Below are positions 43,757 through 53,396 of a stretch of 64,000 bases of DNA, piece by piece. The stretch is from Ruminococcus sp. (lineage in GTDB: Bacteria; Bacillota; Clostridia; Oscillospirales; Ruminococcaceae): positions 2,230 through 66,229 of the forward strand of contig JAJBTZ010000011.1 of the NCBI GenBank assembly GCA_020860605.1, read 5' to 3'. Every line of letters begins with the position of its first letter. Position 1 is the stretch's first letter. Under the pieces are notes generated by a model. It saw only the letters and a program-made list of their open reading frames with translations. It was not told the origin of the DNA and made no database searches. Both the position numbers and the translations under genes were made by a program.

Positions 43757-45142
43757 TTACTTTTTATAAAATGAAATGTATTTCTTTAAATTCTTACCAT
43801 AGAAGACCAAGTCAAGCAAAGCAATTACTATAAAGTATGCAAAGAAGCCAACAAAATCGTTGCTAATGCAATTTACAAATATAAGAAATACGGCAACAAA
43901 AAGCAACAGGTACAATACGTCTCGTAACTTAATTTTTATAAATTTAAATTGAAATGCGCCCACCACAAGCCATATATAATAAATAATCACTGTTGCGATT
44001 GCAATTCCGATGTAGTTATTCAGGACACGGACAGCTATGGTGTCTAAAACAACGGCTAAGAGCAAGAGACCAATTAATGTTTTAGTATATGTCGCTGTCT
44101 TCTTCTTAATTTTGTACAAGTTTACATATATGCAATTCACAACCGCCATAGCAGGGAAAACCAAAAAATAAACAACAATAACTTCTAAGCTATCTACATA
44201 TTTCGGTATAAAAGCCTTAACGATTATAGAAGCTGCAAAATAAGCACACCCAGATAGCGTTCCGAAGATAAAGAGTAACTCTTTTATGCTATTGTATTCC
44301 TTATCCTCCCATCTTCCCTGTGCCATTGCAGGAAATAAAGGTTGCGCTATTGAAGTAATAAAAACTGTCATCAATGACTGCAAAGAAAGTCCAAAAGAAT
44401 AATAAGCAAAATCTGATGTACTAAAAACGGAGTTAACAAACTGCTTATCAACTGATGTAAATAAAGTATTGATATAGCTTCCCAAAACCATCACAATACC
44501 TGTTTTCTCTGTGTCTAAATTCTCTTTGCTTAAAAATTTCGTGCAATGAGAGCCTTTCAGAATACGAAACACTTGGAAAAGCATCCACACGAATGCCACC
44601 CAGTATACAAACAAATAAGACAATATGTACTGTTGTCCTGAGAGGCTGCCAGATACTAAATATATTGTCAATGCAAGCAATGGCACAGATACCGATAACA
44701 CCATGCTTATGCGTGAATAAGTTTTAAACTGACTCCAGGCTTGCAATAAAGATCTATAACTTCCTACACTACAAAACGGCAATATTACAATTGCTATATA
44801 AAACAGTATTTCGCTTTTTGATACCAGTGCGATTACTGTAAAGACGATGGAGAAGAAAAGTAAAATAAAAAACGTAATCAAGCTTTCGGTTTTCAAACGA
44901 TTCTTATCCAGATCATTAACATCCTTTCCTGCATAATTGACAACCATGCCAGACGGAAAACCTAAATGCAGTATTGTGATATAACTCACATATAGGGTAA
45001 ATGTATGGTATTGGGCATATGAATCAATAGATAAAATTCTGGGAAAAATAAAGCTTCCAATAAAGCCTACAGCTGCTACTAAAAAATTCGCAGATAGAAC
45101 CCTCATTATATTGCTTTTTAACGAGTTATTTTGCAAGTACAA
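43757..45142 (-). CDS. wzx: Wzx-type oligosaccharide flippase (MOP superfamily)
   Basis: 461 aa and about 12 TM helices. Typical polysaccharide biosynthesis protein composition and context. Confidence 0.7.
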   Translation of the reverse strand: MYLQNNSLKSNIMRVLSANFLVAAVGFIGSFIFPRILSIDSYAQYHTFTLYVSYITILHLGFPSGMVVNYAGKDVNDLDKNRLKTESLITFFILLFFSIVFTVIALVSKSEILFYIAIVILPFCSVGSYRSLLQAWSQFKTYSRISMVLSVSVPLLALTIYLVSGSLSGQQYILSYLFVYWVAFVWMLFQVFRILKGSHCTKFLSKENLDTEKTGIVMVLGSYINTLFTSVDKQFVNSVFSTSDFAYYSFGLSLQSLMTVFITSIAQPLFPAMAQGRWEDKEYNSIKELLFIFGTLSGCAYFAASIIVKAFIPKYVDSLEVIVVYFLVFPAMAVVNCIYVNLYKIKKKTATYTKTLIGLLLLAVVLDTIAVRVLNNYIGIAIATVIIYYIWLVVGAFQFKFIKIKLRDVLYLLLFVAVFLIFVNCISNDFVGFFAYFIVIALLDLVFYGKNLKKYISFYKK

Positions 45143-45154
45143 ACACCTCCAAGG

Positions 45155-45808
45155 TTAATGTTTGCAAGATACAATCTTTTCAGAAAATTCAATCGGCTTA
45201 TCAATTAAGCCATAGAACTCCATAATTTCCTCTGGCTTATATTCCCACCATTTTGACTTTTCAATCTCTATAATTTCTTCGTTATTAAAACGATACTTGA
45301 CTACTTTTGCGGGATTGCCTGCCACTACAGCATATGGCGGTACATCATGCGTTATAATTGAACCAGCAGCTAAAACAGCCCCGTTTCCTATGCTTCTACA
45401 TCCAGCGGTTATAAGAACGCCATATCCACACCACGCGCCGTGACCAATAGTTAACTTGTTTCTTTCGACATCGTTAACCTTAAATCCGTATGAAGTATTA
45501 TAAAAATACGGAGACATCGCCACATAATTCATCGGATGGTTAGCTGCGAAATAATGCACGTCTTTGGCAAAGGAGCAGTATCTCCCGACATGAATTTCGC
45601 CGCCCACAGCATAATTGAAATCGGAGGCAAAACAGCCGTAGCTATACATTTCTACGTCCACTTTATATTTTTCTCGATAATAGTCACGTAAGCTTTTTGA
45701 TTGTTGCTGTCCTCCCTCTTTTTGAATTATCTTAGGCATAAATATATGCTTTCCTAAAACAGGAATATCAAACAACTTTTTATACAATTCAAGACACTCC
45801 ATATACAA
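45155..45808 (-). CDS. hexapeptide-repeat O-acetyltransferase (XAT/CatB-related)
   Basis: 217 aa. [48 protein letters not shown]. Confidence 0.75.
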   Translation of the reverse strand: MYMECLELYKKLFDIPVLGKHIFMPKIIQKEGGQQQSKSLRDYYREKYKVDVEMYSYGCFASDFNYAVGGEIHVGRYCSFAKDVHYFAANHPMNYVAMSPYFYNTSYGFKVNDVERNKLTIGHGAWCGYGVLITAGCRSIGNGAVLAAGSIITHDVPPYAVVAGNPAKVVKYRFNNEEIIEIEKSKWWEYKPEEIMEFYGLIDKPIEFSEKIVSCKH

Positions 45809-45815
45809 TCATCTT

Positions 45816-46982
45816 TTATAACGTATTCTTTCTTGCCCTACTCACAGTTCCTCTAAACGATTTCAGGAAAGAAATTGCTGATTCATTTTTGGCATAGCTC
45901 AACATATTCTTAGTATCATACTCGGGAGAGCTTTTTCCCATAAGTCTGAGTGCTAAAACCTTGCTAGCAATATTCGTTCTTTTCGAATAGTGATTGGGCT
46001 GAACAAACCTTATGGTATCTACCTTATCGTCAATCTTATTCAAATCAATCGCTTTATCTTTAAACGCTCTATTTAAAAGCTCTAAACCTGTTTCTGTCCA
46101 AGCAAATACAATATTTCTACCGTCTTTTTCCGTAAAATCAGGCTTGTTATTAGCGTCAAGATACCAATAATCACCACATGAAATATCAGCCCGCTCGCCA
46201 ATCCCATCAAAGCAAAACTTACATGACTTTCTTATATCTCTGCCCAAAATCTCAATCCAACTTTTCTCGTATTCCATTGTGTGTGCTTTGCCATCGTCAT
46301 CTATGGCTGTTGTAAGCCCAGGCCATCCATTTCCTCTATAACGAAGCTCCTTACATTTGTCGCATTTCAATTCATCAAGCAATTTCTTGTTTGCATCTTC
46401 GCTTGGGATTCCAGCACAGAAGAAAGAGATTAAATACGGAATCCTTTTCCTCAATTTCTCATCGGAATCCATATAGTTTCTGATTGCAGCTACGTCACAG
46501 GGCTTTCCGATAAAGCAGTATCTTTCTCCTTCTCTCAAAAAAGCGGAAAGATTATACAAAGGAGATGATTGGCAATAACGTGATCCAGAGCAAGAATATA
46601 TGTCTTCAACGCATCTTGAGCATACAACATCTGTTGAATATTGCTCATGTTCCGAGGCTTTTACTTGAATAACGCCGTCAACCAAGCTATGAGCCAAAAG
46701 GTATGCCGCTAAAGCAGAAACCACGCCACCACTAGATGCCTTAGTTCGTAGTTCTTCATCCGTGGACCACCCTTGGAATACTCCGTGATAATCTCCCCAT
46801 ACACTTCCATTATACTTTCTCACACCATTCTTCCCGATTGGACAAACGGAAACCATAGATGCTTTTTCTGCTTCTTTGCCCTCAAAGTCGGGATAATAGA
46901 AGCCTTTACTATCCTTGCAAAAGTCTATATCATAAATATCGTGACAAAGACCACAGCCGGAACAAAAATCATAAAAACTCAA
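45816..46982 (-). CDS. FrhB-like (coenzyme F420 hydrogenase beta-subunit family) Fe-S flavoprotein
   Basis: 388 aa. N-terminal CSGCGLCHD cluster and an FrhB-type C-terminal domain. Overlaps the pyruvyl transferase gene by 4 nt, the usual pairing. Confidence 0.7.
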   Translation of the reverse strand: MSFYDFCSGCGLCHDIYDIDFCKDSKGFYYPDFEGKEAEKASMVSVCPIGKNGVRKYNGSVWGDYHGVFQGWSTDEELRTKASSGGVVSALAAYLLAHSLVDGVIQVKASEHEQYSTDVVCSRCVEDIYSCSGSRYCQSSPLYNLSAFLREGERYCFIGKPCDVAAIRNYMDSDEKLRKRIPYLISFFCAGIPSEDANKKLLDELKCDKCKELRYRGNGWPGLTTAIDDDGKAHTMEYEKSWIEILGRDIRKSCKFCFDGIGERADISCGDYWYLDANNKPDFTEKDGRNIVFAWTETGLELLNRAFKDKAIDLNKIDDKVDTIRFVQPNHYSKRTNIASKVLALRLMGKSSPEYDTKNMLSYAKNESAISFLKSFRGTVSRARKNTL

Positions 46983-48139
46983 GACTGTTCCCCTTCCAAT
47001 TTGCTTATCTCACCTCTCATAGCGTTTTTAAAATCATAGAGATACTGATCAATAGCATTCATCGATTTATTTATTGCGTTTCTGAGGTTATCTTTATTCT
47101 CAATCCACTCTAATGATTTTTTAACTGCAACTTCCGTGCTATCTGTGCAACCATGAATTACATAATCATAATTAAGATTCTCATATAATCCCTCAAATTT
47201 ACGGCTATATGAAAAAGGAATAACAGGTACATGGGATGAGTATGCTGCTATAGTTGAATGCATCCTTGACCCAAGAAAAACGTCCATGCTACTAATATAA
47301 CTCTTTGCATCAATAGGATCTGTGAAAGCTGGTGCAGCTATTAAGCTGTGCTCTTTTGCTATGCCCCTACATACACTGACATCTCCATCAATATTATCTG
47401 AATCCGTCTCAATTACATGAGGAATAATGTGTATTTCAACGTCATCCCTCTTTTTTAGAGCTAAAATCAACTCAGTAATATATCTTCTGTAATCAACTGT
47501 TAACGAAAATTGATTTTCTTTAATAAAGCCGCCGTTCCATAATAATCCAGATACATTAATTCCAATATTCAGCTTTCTTTTATCAGTAGAATACTTCTGT
47601 GAATCATACGGTAAAGCAAAAGCCAAGTCAGTAACAACCATAGGATTAATCTTTGTAAGTTTTCTCACATACTCAGCTGATAACTGATCTCTTGTTGTCA
47701 CAAAACAAGCATGCTTAATCGCATACTTTGCCATCGTTTCCAGCTTCTTATTGCTAAAAGGACCATATGTTTGTGGCAACAAATAAAGTGGTGTTCCACA
47801 TTTTTCAACTAGTATTTTAAATAGCGTAGTATAAAATACATTCTTGGGAAAATATATATCTGAGAACCCATCGCCACAGGTAATATCACAAACAAAATCG
47901 CAGGACTTTATCATCTCACGCCACTCAAATTTAGGGTCCTTGATTTTCAATCTGCCGATGCTCATTTTGATATTTGGAAATTGATTCATCAATCTATCAA
48001 GAGAAGCAACCGGGGTAAAAAAATGAACCTCCAAATCATCATTTGTCATTTTATCCAGCATACTTAAAAAGGAATATGTCAGAGCTTCACATCCCTTATT
48101 TGCATCTTCTACTACGAAGCCTAGCAAGCCAATTTTCAT
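46979..48139 (-). CDS. polysaccharide pyruvyl transferase family protein
   Basis: 386 aa. N-terminal KIGLLGF..NKGCEAL and a central GSRMHS motif typical of the CsaB/WcaK-type family. Confidence 0.7.
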   Translation of the reverse strand: MKIGLLGFVVEDANKGCEALTYSFLSMLDKMTNDDLEVHFFTPVASLDRLMNQFPNIKMSIGRLKIKDPKFEWREMIKSCDFVCDITCGDGFSDIYFPKNVFYTTLFKILVEKCGTPLYLLPQTYGPFSNKKLETMAKYAIKHACFVTTRDQLSAEYVRKLTKINPMVVTDLAFALPYDSQKYSTDKRKLNIGINVSGLLWNGGFIKENQFSLTVDYRRYITELILALKKRDDVEIHIIPHVIETDSDNIDGDVSVCRGIAKEHSLIAAPAFTDPIDAKSYISSMDVFLGSRMHSTIAAYSSHVPVIPFSYSRKFEGLYENLNYDYVIHGCTDSTEVAVKKSLEWIENKDNLRNAINKSMNAIDQYLYDFKNAMRGEISKLEGEQS

Positions 48140-49281
48140 TCTAATTCCCCCGTTGAAGAAAGTGCATTCCTTATATTTTCTAAAACACTAAATTTGTTAT
48201 GTTCATCCGGCTCAACATAAGCTCCTTCGCCCCACTCGTTCCATGCCATAAGAAACAGATAGTCGGTGTGGTACTCATTTTTCGCTTTTACAATCAGCTG
48301 CTTTAGATATTTTCCAAACTTATTAGGAGTGAATCCGCATACAATTGTACTATTAAACCCTTTACGAGGAGAGGCATCATAATTCACAAATGCACATGGA
48401 ATGATATTTTCTTGTGCTTGCCTTTGCAAAATGAACTTCCAAATTCCGTCGTAGCTATACTTGTATAGATGTAAAGACTTAAACTTTCCTTTTGTAGCAA
48501 TGTTTAATATTTTCTTACAGTCCTGTCCTATCATATTGAATACAAATCTCGGATTTCTTATCAGATTTTCACGAATAGTATTCATACGATGCTTCATATA
48601 GCATGTCTTAGAATAATCCGGTTCATACTGAATGGATTTACTGATGCAATCTACATTAGCTTTATCCATTAAGTATGTTTGAGCCTGAGAAATGAATGAT
48701 ATTCCCTTAAGACCATTTTCAACTGCCCTACGATTTAAGTATGAGAACATTCTTTCAGCACATTCTATCTTTTCAGGCTGATAAATGACAAGTAACGGCT
48801 TCTCATTAAACTTAATGTATCTACTATCCGAAAAAAATGGTAGTAAATATTGAAAATGCTTCTCCCACTCTTCTTCGTCACCATACTTAACATCCATCAA
48901 TATATCTGTATCTCCGCCGGTCCAAGTACGTGCCCAATTATGATTTGCCCAGCTTAAGCAAAAAGGCAGGTCTAAATCTTTGTTGGCTAAGTACATATCA
49001 ACCGGCTTCTCCATGAGTTGACGTCCTTCTCCCATCCAATAGTGGTAAAAGCAGAAGCCGTATACACCATATTTTTTTGCAAGTGAAATTTGCCACTCAA
49101 AAGTCGACTTTTCCTCCAGAGAATAAAAATTATCGTTCAGCGGAATAGTTGGCTGCACATGCCCACGAAATAGGGGCTTTGACTTTTTTACATTGGTCCA
49201 TTCTGTAAATCCCTTCCCCCACCATTTATCATTTTCAGGAAATGCATAAAATTGCGGCAAATAAAAAGCTATGATTTTCAT
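48136..49281 (-). CDS. WbsX-family glycosyltransferase / GH99-like domain protein
   Basis: 381 aa. Hallmark N-terminus KIIAFYLPQFYAFPENDKWWGKGFTEWTNV. Confidence 0.75.
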   Translation of the reverse strand: MKIIAFYLPQFYAFPENDKWWGKGFTEWTNVKKSKPLFRGHVQPTIPLNDNFYSLEEKSTFEWQISLAKKYGVYGFCFYHYWMGEGRQLMEKPVDMYLANKDLDLPFCLSWANHNWARTWTGGDTDILMDVKYGDEEEWEKHFQYLLPFFSDSRYIKFNEKPLLVIYQPEKIECAERMFSYLNRRAVENGLKGISFISQAQTYLMDKANVDCISKSIQYEPDYSKTCYMKHRMNTIRENLIRNPRFVFNMIGQDCKKILNIATKGKFKSLHLYKYSYDGIWKFILQRQAQENIIPCAFVNYDASPRKGFNSTIVCGFTPNKFGKYLKQLIVKAKNEYHTDYLFLMAWNEWGEGAYVEPDEHNKFSVLENIRNALSSTGELE

Positions 49282-49298
49282 ATAGTACTCCTTATATA

Positions 49299-50596
49299 TT
49301 AGTTTTCCTCTTCAAGTAAAAAGCCATTTTTTCGAGCTGCAAATGTCAAGAACAGAATTATGTAAAAAATACGAGACTCAGTGTCTTGAGCTATGCTAAA
49401 TAAGGTCAAAAAATACGTCAAAAAACCGATTCCAATCATTTTAAACAAAGAAATATAACGGTCAGGGATTTTACTAAGCTTCATAGCAAAGCAGTCTTTC
49501 AGTGCACTTAAACAAAGCAATACCTTGGCTACTAATGAAAATATCCCATATCTGTACAACCAATTCAGTACCTCTACTTCTATACTTTCTTTAGTGGCAT
49601 AGTAACCATATGATACATTACCCATATAATACTCGTAATCCAATGTTGCGCCTGCACCATATCCAAACAATGGATGTTCTTTAACTTTTTCAAAAACCCA
49701 TGCATAAAGCAGAATACGATGTCCCTCAGCAGTCCCAACGCCAGTATCGGAGCCTGAAATATTATCTGCAAAGCTATCATCAAATACAGATAAAATCATA
49801 TACAATAGATTTCTCATAATGTTAGATGTTCCACTCGACAACAACGTCGACACAAATAAAACGACTACAAGTGCTGCTAATACCCCAAGCAGTCGTTTTG
49901 CAAAATCATGAAATCCAAGACTCATCCAAATAAGAATTTGGCAAATGATAAAGAATACTATACTACCTCGCGATATAGTACAAATTGTTCCAACAAACAG
50001 TAACATATATATGATATTGTATTTTAATTTTTCTCTTGAATCCTGAGCTTTGTTCTGTAAATACACGCATAGTGGTGAAATAAGCAAATTATAAGCACCA
50101 TACGAATTTGACTGATAAGTAAAAGATTTTGCACGCACTAGTCCCAGTCTAATTTGATCTGTTATTTCAGCTTGGCTAGTATTTAGTAGAAAAAAACATT
50201 ATATCCTGTGATTGTTTCAATAACTGCAAATATAAATAATAGACCCGCCACTGAGACAAGAACTTCAATGACTCTGTTGAATTTTTCCTCAGAATCAACC
50301 TCATTGATAATGAGAATTCCTAAAACAGGCACATATGCGATATAATAAATATTTGATACCCATTTCTCGTTGACAATTCCACTTACAAATGTAGATACCA
50401 CAAATAAAGCCATAAAGATATCTGTCCAATTTGAAGGTCTTTTCAGAGTAAGCTTTCCGTGTGTTGTAAACAAATAGAGAATAAAAAACAGGGCTACAAG
50501 AATGAAAACTCCAGAAATGTTCCCGACAACAAAATAAGTTGGCAAAATCGGATATAATGCTATGAATAAAATCATTATAGAAAATCTATCAACCAT
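49299..50596 (-). pseudogene. wzy: Wzy-type O-antigen/repeat-unit polymerase, split by a frameshift at a T7 run
   Basis: The 137-aa N-terminal ORF ends ..GYNVFFY*. The 279-aa C-terminal ORF carries the Wzy_C-like TISRGSIVFF region. Adding one T to the run at 50190-50196 reads through (..NVFFLLNTSQAEITDQIRLGLVRAKSFTYQ..). Confidence 0.7.
50190..50196 (-). repeat. T7 homopolymer run (A7 on the plus strand) at the wzy frameshift
   Basis: Read directly. T8 restores the reading frame. Confidence 0.95.
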
Positions 50597-50664
50597 TCTC
50601 TTTTTCCTCTTTTTAACCTCGTTCTAGTATTCTTTAAAATGTTCATGCTTTATTTCGATATATA

Positions 50665-52002
50665 TTAAATATCCAACGTGTTAACGACATATCCTTCAGT
50701 TGCTTTCTCCGAAGGAATTATCTTCCCCGGATTGCCAATAACAATACTATTATCAGGCACGTCAAAATTTACAAATGCTCCCGGAGCAATCAACACATTA
50801 TTGCCTACCTTTATATTACCAACTATTATTGCGTTTGAGCCGATCCAGACTCTGTCTCCTATCGTTGGATTTCCCTGACGCTTGCCTCTGCGCTCATAGC
50901 CGATAGTGACACCTTGAAGTATCTCGCAGTCTTTTCCAATAATAACACCGCCATTTATTGCTATACCTCCGACATGTCTGATTATAAAACCAGATCCAAT
51001 TTGTGTTGTCGTTCCAAGATCTACTCCATACTTGGTAGCATAATGACCATAAATTGCTCTCCAAAAGCAAAACAACACCTTATTCTTGTCCTTGTACTTT
51101 TTACATTTGCGAAACAAGTAAACTACTCTGTATTTTGAAATGCCCATCCAGTGAACCCAAGTCCTAAAATCAGTTTTTCCTGTCCAGCGATATAAGCCAT
51201 ACAAATAGGGCCTTCTACGGAGTCTTTCTAAATCTTGTACCCCCCCACGCTTCCAAATATTTATCAGTTTCAAGCGTGCTGTCTTATACTTTTCTCTTGT
51301 CCTCATTACCCATCTAGGAACTCCGTTGCGTACCCCTATCTCAACGCCTTCCTGAAAAACCTTTTTTGCATTCTCGTCACTAGCTCCTCCGGCAGACATA
51401 ATAGTAGTGACTTCTGGGAACCTTTGGAATTTAACCCCATTACTATAGAATCGTGCCATTAAATCTTTGTCCATTGCATAACGAAACTCAACGTCAAATG
51501 TTCCATACTTCTGATAAGCTGTCTTCTTTACAAAACAAGCCGGATGCATAAGAACCATGTCGTACTTTAGCTTCTTGAGCTTCATAGATGATTTTCTGAC
51601 ATATTGCATATTATTAACTTCATCGACCCACAATATATCTCCGCATATTACTTCACAGTCACTATCAAATGAATCTACTATTTTTTTAAGAATTTGTTTA
51701 TCAGAAAGCCTATCATCCGAATTTATAATCCCAATAATATCTCCAGTTGACCTCTCAATGCCCTTGTTAAAAGCATCACTTATGCCTTTATCAGGTTCGG
51801 ATTTGAAGTTTGTCTCAATACCAGCCTCATGGAATTTAGGAATATACGATTCTATCAACTGTATTGTTCCATCGGTTGATCCGCCATCAACAAGAACATA
51901 CTCCAATGGGCGATATGTCTGTTCTAAGACAGAACACATCGTAGCTTCAATGCTCTTCTGCGAGTTATATGAAATTGTGATTATCGAAACTTTCTCGCCC
52001 AT
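50665..52002 (-). CDS. GT2 glycosyltransferase fused to a CysE/WcaB-like acetyltransferase through a G7 tract
   Basis: 445 aa. N-terminal GT2 (VSIITISYNS, VDGGSTDGT, DSDD-like SDDRL). C-terminal hexapeptide domain (IGDRVWIGSNAIIVGNIKVGNNVLIAPGAFV). The hinge ..WKRGGVQD.. is encoded by the tract. Confidence 0.7.
   Translation of the reverse strand: MGEKVSIITISYNSQKSIEATMCSVLEQTYRPLEYVLVDGGSTDGTIQLIESYIPKFHEAGIETNFKSEPDKGISDAFNKGIERSTGDIIGIINSDDRLSDKQILKKIVDSFDSDCEVICGDILWVDEVNNMQYVRKSSMKLKKLKYDMVLMHPACFVKKTAYQKYGTFDVEFRYAMDKDLMARFYSNGVKFQRFPEVTTIMSAGGASDENAKKVFQEGVEIGVRNGVPRWVMRTREKYKTARLKLINIWKRGGVQDLERLRRRPYLYGLYRWTGKTDFRTWVHWMGISKYRVVYLFRKCKKYKDKNKVLFCFWRAIYGHYATKYGVDLGTTTQIGSGFIIRHVGGIAINGGVIIGKDCEILQGVTIGYERRGKRQGNPTIGDRVWIGSNAIIVGNIKVGNNVLIAPGAFVNFDVPDNSIVIGNPGKIIPSEKATEGYVVNTLDI
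51240..51246 (-). repeat. G7 homopolymer tract at the GT2-acetyltransferase hinge
   Basis: Read directly. G6 stops 3 codons after the tract (..RGGYKI*) and G8 stops 8 codons after it. Confidence 0.95.
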
Positions 52003-52019
52003 TTTGTATTTTCCTCTCT

Positions 52020-53228
52020 TTAGGTGTATATGTCGCTCATACTATGTACTTTTCGGCTCATTAAGCAACTGTCCTCAATATGTTGACTCTGCTGTATACT
52101 CAGCTCTTTCAGGATACTTGGATTGTTAATCAAAGTACCCAGCTTTTCAGCCAAAGCAGATATACAGTAATCATAGCTAATTGCGTTAATACAGCCTTCT
52201 GAATTCTCTCCTAATAAGATTTTAGGTCCTCCTGCTGCAATCGCAATACAAGGCAGTCCGATACTCATTGCTTCCATCATTGTCATGCAGCCAGAATCGC
52301 GTAATGTTGTGTTCACAAACAAATCAAACTGACTGTAGTACTCAAATATCTTATCATGCTGTACCGGAGGATCGAAGAATACCTGTTTATTCAAATGTTC
52401 CTCTGCCAATTTCTGCAATGCTGGCTTCTGGTTTCCCTCGCCTAATATATGCAATTCAGCGTTAGGATGCTTGTCTGCTACCTGTAAGAAAGCTTTAAGA
52501 CCGATGTCAAAGGCTTTCCAGTATATCAATCTACCTGCCATAACGATCTTTACTTTACTGTCGTTTCTTTCTATTCGCTGTACATCCGGCATCTTTTCTA
52601 AGCCAATTGCCGGAACAACTCTTGTCTTGCTCTGATATTTTTCTGGTATCATGGCTTTCGTTTCCTCAGTTGCAACAAGAATAGCTTTCGCACTCTTCAT
52701 TGCTTTCCGAATAGACGGCGTAACTAATGCTGTTGTTTGAGAGAGCTTTCTGACCGCTTCAATCAGCCTTTCTTTGGTCGTCATCTCAATTTTAATTTCT
52801 GAAGGAATATTTTCTCCGCCAGAAACAGTTCCCCAAATTAACGGAATCCCCAGTTTGTACATATATGACGGCTGAGTATATGACACGAAAGTAACGTGTT
52901 GAACGAGATCAAAGTGTATTTTACTGTGCCACTCTTTCGCCACTTTCAGTGCCTTTCTCTGCCACATCATATAGAATAAGCGCATTCCACGGCGACCTTT
53001 TTCCCAAAAGGTCAGCTTCCTAGATAAACCAACATATATGAAATGAAGGTTGTCATTCTTGTACTCTGGATTCTTCTTTAAATAATCAGTAATGGTTGGC
53101 TCATTATTATCCCTTGTCAAGACCCAGACTTCATGGTGCTTAGCTAATTCTATTGCCCAGCTCCAGCCAACTCCAGGCTCTGAGCCTTTATTCGGTTCAC
53201 AAGCATATGCTGATAGTAAAATCTTCAT
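52020..53228 (-). CDS. GT4 family glycosyltransferase
   Basis: 402 aa. N-terminus KILLSAYACEPNKGSEPGVGWSW and a C-terminal E..7..E-type region (DSGCMTMMEAMSIGLP). Confidence 0.75.
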   Translation of the reverse strand: MKILLSAYACEPNKGSEPGVGWSWAIELAKHHEVWVLTRDNNEPTITDYLKKNPEYKNDNLHFIYVGLSRKLTFWEKGRRGMRLFYMMWQRKALKVAKEWHSKIHFDLVQHVTFVSYTQPSYMYKLGIPLIWGTVSGGENIPSEIKIEMTTKERLIEAVRKLSQTTALVTPSIRKAMKSAKAILVATEETKAMIPEKYQSKTRVVPAIGLEKMPDVQRIERNDSKVKIVMAGRLIYWKAFDIGLKAFLQVADKHPNAELHILGEGNQKPALQKLAEEHLNKQVFFDPPVQHDKIFEYYSQFDLFVNTTLRDSGCMTMMEAMSIGLPCIAIAAGGPKILLGENSEGCINAISYDYCISALAEKLGTLINNPSILKELSIQQSQHIEDSCLMSRKVHSMSDIYT

Positions 53229-53396
53229 TTTATGAGTCTCCTCTTAAACAGAGCACAAACCCACGTCATCTACTGAAATCATATAAATGGGTCATAGCTT
53301 TAATTGTTTGCCTTTTCAGACTAGAATTATCGTATAAATCATCTGCAGAAACTTTATAGGAATATCTACGCAGCATTCTGGGTACGCGTCTTGTTA

